From Octopus bimaculoides (lineage: Eukaryota), in assembly GCF_001194135.2 (NCBI RefSeq), contig NC_068991.1, positions 39,294,075-39,327,708 of the forward strand: 33,634 nt of DNA. The letters are read 5' to 3'. Shown in pieces: positions 11,396 to 21,499 of this stretch (its first letter is position 1; each line of letters opens with the position of its first letter). Made by a program: the position numbers and the translations under genes. The notes beneath the pieces are model-generated. The model did no database searches and had not been told where the DNA came from. It saw only the letters and a program-made list of their open reading frames with translations.

Positions 11396-11723
11396 AGTTT
11401 TATTTATATTAGAAATTTGCACTTAAGAGCCGCACCAGCATAGCCAGAAGTTGTTAGATAACTTTCAATAATTTTTTTGTGAAGCATTCGGTCATCTGTT
11501 CGAATAAAATATGTATTACAACTGGTTTAGTTTGTCTTTGTTTTCTTGTTTATAAAAGTCTGTCTTGGGCAAATTGCTGTTATGTTAGTGTGTGTGTATT
11601 TGAGTGTACATTTGTGACGTCTTGAATGTGTGAGCGTATGCGCATGCCCATGTTCTTTAGTTTTACCTTTTCAATATTTAGTCTGAGAATAGTGGAAAAC
11701 GTCAATGAATCTTAATTTTTCAG

Positions 11724-11916
11724 GGCTTCCAATAATGGTGAGACCAATGGAACAAATTACTCTCAAACAGAAACCCTGGCAGAAAATGCGAAAAGCACCC
11801 AAAGATCACCAAACTTGATGGCGTCAAACCGGGCAACTAATAAATTCGACGACCGAAGAGCTCGCGGAGCAAACGCGAAAAAGAAGAACGAGGTATCTCG
11901 TCCGACGGTTTACTAA
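11724..11916 (+). CDS. Candidate terminal coding exon of an unidentified host gene
   Basis: Acceptor CTTAATTTTTCAG (AG at 11722-11723), then 63 open codons ASNNGETNGTNYSQTETLAENAKSTQRSPNLMASNRATNKFDDRRARGANAKKKNEVSRPTVY and TAA at 11914-11916. It is more GC/CpG-rich than its flanks and matches no repeat I recognise. Confidence 0.4.
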
Positions 11917-11954
11917 TTCTTCCAATCCAGCATCATTGAATCGTACCTCATCGA

Positions 11955-12094
11955 CTCCAAAAGTTGACTGGTACTTTATTGACTCTTGTCGGATAAAAAA
12001 AAATGACATTGGCGGACATTGCCCTCAGAGAACCAGAACAAATGCCGTAAGGTATTTTGCCATTCATAGTTTCAACGCTGCCAGTTTGCCGCCT
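11955..12094 (-). mobile_element. SINE family B, old degraded copy
   Basis: TTGACTGGTACTTTATTGAC...AAATGCCGTAAGGTATTTTG...CTGCCAGTTTGCCGCCT matches the other family B copies. Confidence 0.55.
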
Positions 12095-12691
12095 GAATTA
12101 GGAATTAGAAATTAGTTACAATTTTTTTTTTCTTTTTTGCGTTAGGTGAAAATGCTGCTTGAAAACATCCGGGGCTTTCGGGTTCAATTTGTGATATTTC
12201 CTACCCCTTCTACGCGCGCGCGCGCACTTACTCATTACGATAAACTTCACTACGATGTTCTCCCTCTCTACTTAGGGTGCTTATTAAAAGAAAGAATGGG
12301 GAGTGACGTGTAAATAAGCACCATTAGCTTGCCACTTCTCTTCAGGTTAGAGGACACTTAGATGCAATTAATTCTTGACAGCGTCAAACAGAAATGATAA
12401 GAACACACTAGTTCTTTACTAAGCACCAGGATAAAACACACACTTACACACACACATACACACACGCATATAAGTGTTTATAATATATATGTAATTATGT
12501 GTGTGTGTAGATAGATAAATAGATAGATAGATAGATAGATAGAGAGACAGACAGATAGATAGATACACACAGACACACAAATAATACCTCCACTGTTTTA
12601 AAATGGATATGCTGGGCATATCTGTTCGATCGGAACTGAGCTGGGGGGGTCACACAACACCAACAATAACCTGTAAATAATTGTTCATAAT

Positions 12692-12869
12692 TCGGACACA
12701 AAGCCAACAATTTCGAGGGTAAAGAATTAGTTCGTTAGATCGACCCCAGTACTTGACTGCTGCTATATTTTACCAACTCCCGAAAAGGTAAAAGGTAAAT
12801 TTGTCCTCGATTTGACATAAAATTGAACTCAGAACTCAAAGTGTCCGAAGAAGTACCGCAAAGCATTTA
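12692..12869 (-). mobile_element. SINE family B, diverged copy lacking its tRNA-head end
   Basis: GACACAAAGCCAACAATTT...TTAGATCGACCCCAGTACTTGACTG...TTGAACTCAGAAC...AAAGCATTT. Confidence 0.7.
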
Positions 12870-12886
12870 TGGGATGACTCAATATT

Positions 12887-13099
12887 CTTCTCTACTCTAG
12901 GCACAAAGCCCAACATTTCTGGGAAGGGGATCAGTCGATTAGATCGAGCCCAGTACGCAACTGGTACTTAATTTATCAACCCCGAAAGGATGAAAGGCAA
13001 AGTCGGCCTCGGCGGAATATGAACTCAGAACGTAGCAGCAGACGAAATAACACTAAGCATTTCGCCCGGCGTGCTAACGTCTCTGCCAGCTCGCCGCCT
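12887..13099 (-). mobile_element. Full-length tRNA-derived SINE, family B, with 17-bp TSD
   Basis: Minus strand has A-box-like TGGCAGAGACGTT, B-box-like GAGTTCATATTCC and a central GCCTTTCATCCTTTCGGGGTTGATAAATTAAGTACCAG (recalls the Meta/MESC SINE domain). TSD TGGGATGAC(T/C)CAATATT at 12870-12886 and 13100-13116. Confidence 0.9.
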
Positions 13100-13129
13100 T
13101 GGGATGACCCAATATTAAAAGAGAAAGAG

Positions 13130-13418
13130 TTGTGTGTTGAAGGAGGTTACATAAGTTAAAAGTGTGTGATGTATGTCGAAGGAGAAGAGTGATGTATGTT
13201 GAACAAGTATTGTGTGATGAAGTGAGTGATGTACGTTGAAGGGGATGATGTATATTGAAGGGAGAATGAATTATGTTGAAGGGGGTTGTATGATGAGTGA
13301 GCTATGTATGTTGGAGATGAGGTGGTGTATGTTGAACGTAGAGGCGGATGATGTAGAGGGAATGATGTATACTGCAGGAGGTAACATATGTTGAAAAGGT
13401 TTGATGTATGTTGAAGGG
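13130..13418. repeat. Degenerate minisatellite, core TGATGTATGTTGAAGG
   Basis: About ten variably spaced copies seen directly. Confidence 0.8.
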
Positions 13419-13668
13419 TTCATGCAAAACATCTTTAAAATAATCTTAAATGATTTAGTTTTTTCTTCTCTTTGTTCTTTTTCTTTACTGTTTTTTTTTA
13501 TTCAAGATTTTTTTTTTTAATCGTTTCGGTCAGTGGACTTACGGTCATACTTAATGGTTTACTCGAACAAATCAGCGCTTGAACTTATTTTAAGTCTGAT
13601 CTTGTGATAAAATTAAAAACAATTTATAAAAAGGAATATTATCTAACCAAATAAGAAAATATTTACTA

Positions 13669-14067
13669 GGCGCAAGCATGGCTGTGTGGTAAGAAGCATG
13701 CTTCTCAACCACATGGTTGCGGGTTCAGTTCTACTGCGTAGCACCTCGGGCAAGTGTCTTCTACTATAGTCTCAGGTCGATCAAAGCATTGTAAGGAGTC
13801 GATCTGGTAGGTGGAAACTGAAAGAAGCCCGTCGTATATATATATATGTGTGTGTGTGTGTGTGCGTCTCTTTGTGTCTGTTTGTCGCCACCACCGCTGG
13901 ACAACCGTAATCTAGTGGGTCGGCTAAAGAGATCGATAGAATAAATACCAGGCTTTAAAAAGAAAAAAATAAGTACTGGGGTCTATTCACTTGACTGAAA
14001 TTTCCTCAAGGCGGGGCTCCAGCATGGCTGCAAGCTAATGACTGAAACGAGTAAAAGATAAATGATA
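13669..14067 (+). mobile_element. Near full-length tRNA-derived SINE, family A (CORE-SINE-like, octopus OR2-like)
   Basis: A-box TGGCTGTGTGG, B-box GGTTCAGTTCT, CORE-like ACCTCGGGCAAGTGTCTT, internal (TA)n(TG)n, 3' GCTCCAGCATGGC...ATGACTGAAAC and a short A-rich repeat tail. Homologous to 24531-24899 and 25976-26139. Confidence 0.9.
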
Positions 14068-14424
14068 ATTCAGTAACCTCAAAATATTGTCAACATTTGT
14101 ACGGAATCAGAATTAGAAATATAAATCAACTTTCTTGCTCTGTGAGAAATATAAAGTAAAAAATTGACTCTCGAGTCTTTAAACAAAATCTGGAAGCTAA
14201 TTTATGATGAGTATTTCAAATAATTCAAAAAGAACTTCTTAAACTTGTGAAAGACAAAGACATGTTATCGGATATTCAAACATAGACAAAGAGAGAACTC
14301 AAAAAATATCAAATCTAAATATATGATTTCAGGATTATGTATATGTCCAATAAATTCTGTGTCAACCTTTATGTCATCGTTCAACCTGCAAAAAAAAAGC
14401 AACCTCATCACTTGCTACTGCTTT

Positions 14425-14510
14425 AAAAAAGGAAGAACAAACATTGGATTATGAAGTCCTAGACATATTATGCCATAAAGAGACAGGGTGGTTCCGGCTT
14501 GAACGTCATT
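14425..14510 (-). repeat. Interspersed repeat fragment (family C)
   Basis: The reverse complement resembles 20075-20150 (CC..CCG..ACCA..C...TAGGACT.CAT..TCCAATGT). Confidence 0.45.
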
Positions 14511-14884
14511 ATTCATATCAAAATTGATATGAAGTTAAACAATATCAACATACATTATTTGGCCTTTTAAATTCGTAACTTTTTCGGGGAAAATAAAAAT
14601 AAAGATTAAAGGTAAAAATCGCGAGTTAGTGTGTAACCTTGTTTTGTTGTTGATTTAATGAGCTTTGATGACCTGGTAGCTATCACTATTGGATAGATTT
14701 TTTGGTGATTGCAGGAGATAAATCATACTGAAACAGTCAACCTACCGAACCAACGAGGTAGCCTCTATGTCAGAACATCTGAAATCTTTTCAACTTTTGT
14801 CCCTTTCTCTTCTAATACTTTTACATTTTTTACAACTTGATACAATGTGTAACGAGGCTGAACCGGTTGAATTACACATAGAAA

Positions 14885-14985
14885 TGAGCTTCGTTATAGT
14901 TTCCGTCTACCCAGTTTCATTTACAAGGTATGAATAGACATTTGTCCAAGATGGCACGTAGTGGAATTAAATCTTGGAGTTTGTA
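14885..14985 (-). mobile_element. SINE family A internal fragment
   Basis: AGTTTCCGTCTACC...ACAAGG...GACATTTGTCCAAGATGGCACGTAGTGGAATT matches 25988-26080. Confidence 0.6.
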
Positions 14986-16015
14986 GTGGCAAAAAAGTTA
15001 TAGTCCTACATGTTTCATGACCCTCTCCTCAGTTAACAGAACAACAGTTTATAGAGATAATAAACTGGATTCCTGGTACTTTCGTATATTTTGACTGCTC
15101 TTATGGACGGGTAGAACCATTTCTAAGTGAAACAATCGATTATGTATTCAAGCTCCATAAAGAAGCCCTTTCGTCTCAAAATAGATAGTAGGCCATGTAG
15201 CGAACAGCTACAAAATATCTAAGCCATGATTCGAAAGCGAATCTACATTTTGTCACAAATCATCGGCCTATTGTTTTCGCCTGTTGCACTAGAAAATTTT
15301 ATGAGAATTAACTGCTCCCTTAAACCTTTTCGAGTTATAGATAGGTCAGGCCTGATTAGAAAGGAAAAATGGACTATAAAACTAGAGACAATTTGTTTAC
15401 CGCAACGACAATTTGTGTTCACACAACTCGACGAAGTAGTATTTTCTATATTGTAACGACTAACATAATAATCATATAAACAAATGGCCTTCTTAATAAG
15501 CAATTAATATTGTTCTTCAAACATTTATAGGATGCATCGATACACATTGATTTTTATACTTAGTGAAATTCCGACTCAAGAACTACATGCCTTCTCTACG
15601 AAATGCTGCGAAAAAGTCACTTAATTATGTTTCCAAGGACTCCCAATAACCTCAGGGTAGAAATTTGTTATGGATTATAACATTTCTAAGTTCTTCAGTG
15701 GGTGCTTATAAACTTCTCTTTTAAATTGATTCTAGATATGAAGTTTACATCTTATGGACAAAATTAATTTCTAAGAGTCCCTATTCAGCAACTGTTAACA
15801 GAGAATAAGGCTGTTGTGACAACTGAACCTAGCAAGAATGCCACTAAAACTATGCAGAGCAAGTGCATGATGAAAGGGATATGGCGTTTCTTCTTTAGAT
15901 ATGCCTTTGGTTATTCATTTCAGGATATTTATCAATATAAGAAAATGATATTGGAAATTAATTCTCGATGATAATTGAATCTGAGATTAACTGTGAGGTA
16001 CAAACAACAATAGAT

Positions 16016-16064
16016 ATGTAGGAAGTGGGGTACGCCAGGTGACAGCGTACCCCATTTCCTGCAT
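16016..16064 (+). other. 20-bp hairpin with 9-nt loop
   Basis: ATGTAGGAAGTGGGGTACGC-CAGGTGACA-GCGTACCCCATTTCCTGCAT: 18 Watson-Crick pairs plus 2 G.U pairs. Confidence 0.85.
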
Positions 16065-16334
16065 TGTTGCCTTATAGTGGCTAGTCCTGTCTTCTCAACC
16101 TTAGCTTCGCGGACCTTCGCGTACCTTTACTTCCAAATACCCATTTAAATGACTGAGCCCTTAATAGTAGTTTGTTTTACTTTCCTAAATATAGCCCCCT
16201 CATAAAAGTGTAGCTTTTATTTCTTGTCCATCAAAACAATATTTGGCGTATTTTCTTTCTGTTGATGTAATTGGTGTATTTCACTAATATTCTTTCCTAT
16301 GTATGTGTATGTGAAGATACGCTTGTGCTGGTAT

Positions 16335-16387
16335 ATGTGTGTACGTGTGTGTGTGAGTGATGTATGAGTGTCTGTGCACATGTGTGT

Positions 16388-16420
<33 letters not shown>

Positions 16421-16429
16421 TGTGTGTGT

Positions 16430-16518
<89 letters not shown>

Positions 16519-16545
16519 TACGTGCACGTGCCTGTGTGGGCGTGT
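16335..16545. repeat. (TG)n microsatellite
   Basis: Seen directly. Confidence 0.95.
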
Positions 16546-17569
16546 GACATCAGCTCAAATTCTTGTCTCCGTCCTTCCTAGCTTAATGTACAACTTGCAG
16601 AGCAGAGGTCTAAGACAGTGAGCTTTAAAGGAAATAATTACCATTATGACATTTTATGAATACTATATTTTTAACACACACACACACACACACACATACC
16701 AGCTACATAAACACCAACCAACAAACAAGCAGCACAAAAAATAGTTCTTTTTAAAATTATCTAGAGTACGTAGCTATTAAATGTTCGTGTGCATGTATTA
16801 AATAAACGTACACACATACGCGCGCGCGCACTCACACACACGCACACAAAACATACACAGACCTAAATACACACATGCGCAGACATCTTTATACGCATAC
16901 ACGCAGAAATATGTACAGAAGTTAAAGCTACAATAAATTTGTGTGTGTGTAGTGTCTCTATATGTGTGTGGTGTGTGTGCGTCACTCCCTGGAATGTGTT
17001 CAAAAAGACCTGTTGCCTTAAAGAGAGAGAGAGAGAAAGGGAGGGGAGCAACAGGCCTTTCCGAACACATTCCAGCAAACGCAATTGTATTGTGAACCAT
17101 TTTAAACACGTAATGCCATCTGTAAATTATGAAATGAAATTGTTTGTTCCAAAATGAACGTGTATCATGTTCATTTTAGACGTCTAGGCGCCAGATGGCT
17201 AGCAGCATTCCAAATGGGAAGGCAAAAAGGTAGATAGGAAGATGAAATAGCAAAATAAAAAGGATACAGCAGAAAGAGGTAAATATATTGCTTTTAGTTT
17301 GAACGCTCTTAGCATATAACGTTTGATAGTCGAGTCTCAAAGTGGATAGGACTACAAATAAGGCTGTGTAATATATTGGATTAAAAAAAAAAACCTTGTA
17401 ATAGAAAAGAGATTGTCCAGTTGTGTTTGAGGAAGACCATCACTGACCATTAAGAGAATCGTCCTTTGGACAATGGTTCTTTGAGCCCGCTAGGCTCTCA
17501 TGTCTTTTGGAAAATCTTACAAATTTTTCTCACTCTATTTCTTCTTTTCTCTCTCTCACTCTGTCTGTC

Positions 17570-17636
17570 TCTGTCTGTCTGTCTGTCTCTGTCTGTCTGT
17601 CTGTCTATCTCTCTCATTCTCTTTCTCCCTCTCTCT
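17570..17636. repeat. (CTGT)n/(CT)n microsatellite
   Basis: Seen directly. Confidence 0.9.
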
Positions 17637-18063
17637 TTCTGTACTGCAGTAATCAGAAGCATATTCTGATGTATAAACATTGTCTTTTTAAGTCACTACT
17701 TGACCTGCGAATCCTACTTTATCTATTACATATCACACAATCTTTTATCTTGATCAAACTATAGTTATCTTTTAAGACTGAAATGGTGACTTTTGTTGGC
17801 GACAGGAGAACCTAGCCTTGGAAAGACATATACGACCACAATTATCGCAAACCAAGCTTACACCTTCCATGTTCTAAATGAAAAATGCTCACTCTTTCAA
17901 AGATATCGGTCCCATCCTTTACACATTTTCTACATTGGCGGCGATCAATATTGACCTAAGTTATTTCAAAACTTTCTACGAGGTCTTTACACAGTCCTAA
18001 ATCGCAGTTTTGGTTTGTACTGAGGGCAAATTTCTGCATATAAGCTTGCCACATCGTATCTGC

Positions 18064-18277
18064 TTCTTTCCCATTCTAGGCACAAGACCCGAAATTTGGG
18101 GGGAGGGGACCAGTCGATTAGATTGCCCCCAGTACGCAACAGGTACTTAATTTATCAACCTCGAAAGGATGAAAGGCAAAGTCGACCTTGGTGAATTTGA
18201 ACTCAGAACGTAAAGACGGACGATATACCACTAAGCATTTCGCCCGGCGTGCTAGCGTTTCTGCCAGCTCGCTGCTT
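18064..18277 (-). mobile_element. Full-length tRNA-derived SINE, family B
   Basis: Closely similar to 12887-13099 along its length; B-box-like GAGTTCAAATTC on the minus strand. Confidence 0.9.
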
Positions 18278-18503
18278 CGTCATTCTTAAATCATTCATTT
18301 GTACAAGTTTTTAGTGGATTTGTCGCCAATTTAACGGGAACCAGTATAACGTACGTTGTCATTAATTTAATGTGAGTGCTTTTGTGACCGCGTGTATAAA
18401 GAAAGTAATATCAGAAGGAAGGGTATATATAACATCAAATTTTATTTTTGTAGTGTAACAAATACGTGCGCAGTCGTTGCGTGACTGAGGCGGTGTGAGT
18501 GAG

Positions 18504-18558
18504 CGGATATTTGTCCTCATCTTGTTTGTTGTTAACACAACGTTTCGGCTGATATACC

Positions 18559-18617
<59 letters not shown>

Positions 18618-18770
18618 TCGGAAAATATCTTAGAAATGAGAACCTAAGTTTGAAATTTCCCCAAGACACCTGATGAAGGCTGGAGGGTATATCAGCCGAA
18701 ACGTTGTGTTAACAACGAACAAGATGAGGACAGAATATCTGTCAAATGTAAATAATGTAAATAATAAATG
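18504..18770 (+). mobile_element. Penelope-like element pseudo-LTR fragment with an inverted partial copy flanking (TAA)n
   Basis: 18504-18558 is the reverse complement of 18686-18741 (about 3 differences). (TAA)n spans 18559-18615, and the right arm contains a PLE-type hammerhead. No PLE ORF is present. Confidence 0.65.
18665..18710 (+). ncRNA. Minimal type I hammerhead ribozyme
   Basis: Helix I GACAC/GTGTT; core CTGATGA (18670-18676) plus an extra A; helix II GGCTG/CAGCC with a 10-nt loop; GAAA (18698-18701); palindromic helix III ACGT; predicted cleavage after GUU at 18705. Confidence 0.75.
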
Positions 18771-19073
18771 TGAACTTCGCCAAAGATTTCCAGAAGAACA
18801 AACTAGAAACTGTAGCATATGTACTTCAACATAAAACTGCGTGAGAACAATTGTCTGAGGAATAACGTCAGCCTGTTCTAATACGAGAAGCTGCAGAATG
18901 TTACTTATTCTGGGAATAAAAATAGGAAATGCACCAATATATATGTAAATTTCTATGTCCAATTGATTTACAGTTATGTAAATTTGCCTTGATTGATCAT
19001 ATAAATAAAGCGTTATCTCAAAATTTGTCCATAAAGTATGTGCTATGTAATTATTGCACAATCTTCAACAACT

Positions 19074-19510
19074 GTTGGTTCTCTACAACATTCAAATGAG
19101 CCCAACGTGGAGTAGAGCACCCACATCTGGGAACATGCTGCTACTGCGCACATTCATATCCTAGATAGCATCCAAAGAAGGGCCACCGGCTGATTGGTGC
19201 TCCATCGCAAGCGAACAGACTCCAACTTTTGGTCCACAGGTGAACTGGCTCTGTCTTTTTTATCGCTTCTATAATGGCCTCTACTTCTCCGAGCTGGTTG
19301 GTCTTGTACCTCTACCATTCAAGCACTTCCGACCCACTCATCTCTCCACCTTTTGTCACACTTGGTGTATCCAATTCCTCTTTCCCTACACTAACCATTA
19401 TGCCGGTCCTTCATCCCCAGAACATCAGTTCTCTGGAATCTTCACCCTCTCTTTATGTATTTCCTGCAGGTATTGACCTACATTTTAAACAGAACATCAA
19501 CAGCAACAAT
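19074..19510 (+). mobile_element. CR1/L2-group LINE 3' relic
   Basis: Reads LLVLYNIQ..PTVE*STHIWEHAATAHIHILDSIQRRAT and LCLFYRFYNGLYFSELVGLVP...TNHYA, ending FKQNINS. These are post-RT C-terminal motifs of CR1-group elements. Confidence 0.75.
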
Positions 19511-20049
19511 CTCACTAGTTTCAGATGGCCTGCAAAGATCATGAACTCCGTCCCTGCCTCCAGCTTCAGTTAAAATAGAACTCTACCAACAAAATCCTAA
19601 ATGGTCTATTTTATGTTACTATGTTGGAAATAAAATAAATTCATCATCGTTTTTATCCTTACCAACAATTTGTAGGAAATAGAAAAGTTATTTCCTACAA
19701 ATTCTACAGACCGCAATCATTTAAGTTATTGTTATTGAGTCATGTCCAAGCTGACCTATGATCAAATTCTTTCTAGTCGTGGCTTTCTAGTCTTTACATT
19801 ATACAATGTGTCTTTCGTTTTTTAACAATGTAGAGTGTAATTCGAAAAAGGATTTCACTACTATTTTTAGTAGATCGAGCGACCATTTAAAGTTTCTTTT
19901 ATTGGCTCGAGACCCCCTCGGTGTCATAGATCGGTACCTATACGCACCACGAAAAGGTACAGTCAAATAATATTGAAATAACAAAATACGCATAAACCAA
20001 ATTTAAGATCAAGCACACGCGGATATGTTATTTAGCTTCTGAAAATGGT

Positions 20050-20150
20050 TCTGATTGAATAGATCTATGAGCAAAGGAATTCCAACCGTGACCATTCCAA
20101 TTTTCCTTTTCATTACAAAGTGTAGTCTGGACTACATTCTCCAATGTGTT
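20050..20150 (+). repeat. Interspersed repeat fragment (family C)
   Basis: Homologous to the reverse complement of 14425-14510. Confidence 0.45.
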
Positions 20151-21322
20151 TTTGTTCTTTTTTTATTTAATCATTTCGGTTAGTCAGAGGAGGAAGGGCA
20201 GCAACTATGGCTTTTTCAAGGCTTCAGGGACTGGTGGCATGAAGGCATCCACAGACTGGGGATCTGATTTGATGGTTCGTAAGAGAGTGGGCTCTGCTAA
20301 ATCCACCCATGGGTCAGGTGGTGACTTAAACGGGGGACGGATCAAGCGTACCACAACCACCACTATCACCATCACTATCGCAAAAATAATATTTGCATGG
20401 TAGGGTGTGATCTAATAAAAATTTGATTGCTCTTTCTAGCAAGTCAAAGGAGCACGTAAGGGCACCCTCGAACTATACTATGGAAAAATGTTTAGAACAT
20501 GCTTTCATTAAGAAATTAGCTGTTTAATTGGTATTGTAAGATACTCAAGAGAGTGGGGAATTGAAGTCTTCTAAAGAGGAATTACCAGCTTCAGAAATTG
20601 CCAGCATCAGCTTTGTCGCGACTATTATCGATAGTCTTGTCTTCTGCAAATAAAATCACTATTTTGATGATGAAAGTGATTTAAGGTATATCCATGAGGA
20701 ACAAACAGTCTACATACCAACAAACTATTAATTTTACTATACTTAAAAACAACATATTTTATAAAAAGGGTCGACGGAAGGTTGTGACGGTCATGTCTTT
20801 TTCAAGGAAGCTATCAGCAGGACCCGTCTTACAGCTACTGGCGCCTGGGGAAAGCTGGATTTTCGGCGCCATTACAAGTCAAGTGCATTTCTTTTCTTTC
20901 TTTCTTTCTTTTTTTTTTTTTTTTTTGTAAATGTTCTCAAAGAGTCAAACTTACAGAAATAAAATGTTATTTTATTTACTTTTTGTTGTTTTTATCTTAC
21001 CTTTATTTCGTAGATCCTAAAAGCATGACATGGTGCCCCCAAGCACATGATTTTTCGGGTGATTGCCCAAATTGCTGATACCTCCCAACCGACCCTAACT
21101 ATCAAATAACTAATGTGAATTCCATCAAGCAAAAATTAAGTTGATAAAATAGTTTGCATTGATATTTATTCCTTCAGTCAAGATAGGGATACCAATAAAA
21201 AAATATTTAATAAGAAACATGAAAAAAAAATTACACTTCTTGACATTTCGAAAGATATTCCTTCATCACCACAAACAAAAATATAATAGACAATAACTTT
21301 TCTAATTTGAACAAAGAGTATT

Positions 21323-21426
21323 AAATACCACTGGATCATCGCAGGATAGTTACAAATGCCATTGGTGTGCCACGTGATAATTATAAATGACACTGGATCA
21401 TCATGTGATTAATTATAAATGCCTGG
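21323..21426. repeat. 31-32 bp degenerate tandem repeat x3
   Basis: Units start AAATACCACTGG (21323), AAATGCCATTGG (21354), AAATGACACTGG (21385) and AAATGCCTGG (21417). Confidence 0.7.
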
Positions 21427-21499
21427 CTGGGTAAAAATTGTGTGAGTTTAACAAGGCTTATAAAAAGTATGATGTTATAACAATAAAAAATAACAAATA

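Noticed and set aside
12276-12322. 10-bp inverted repeat GGTGCTTATT/AATAAGCACC
   Set aside because: Short, AT-rich, no TSD and no second copy.
13130-13418. Repeat-spacer-like pattern suggesting CRISPR
   Set aside because: Degenerate repeats of variable length, non-unique spacers, no cas genes and eukaryotic context; it is a minisatellite.
13669-13745. tRNA-like sequences at SINE heads
   Set aside because: A/B boxes only, no full cloverleaf; they are SINE heads, not tRNA genes.
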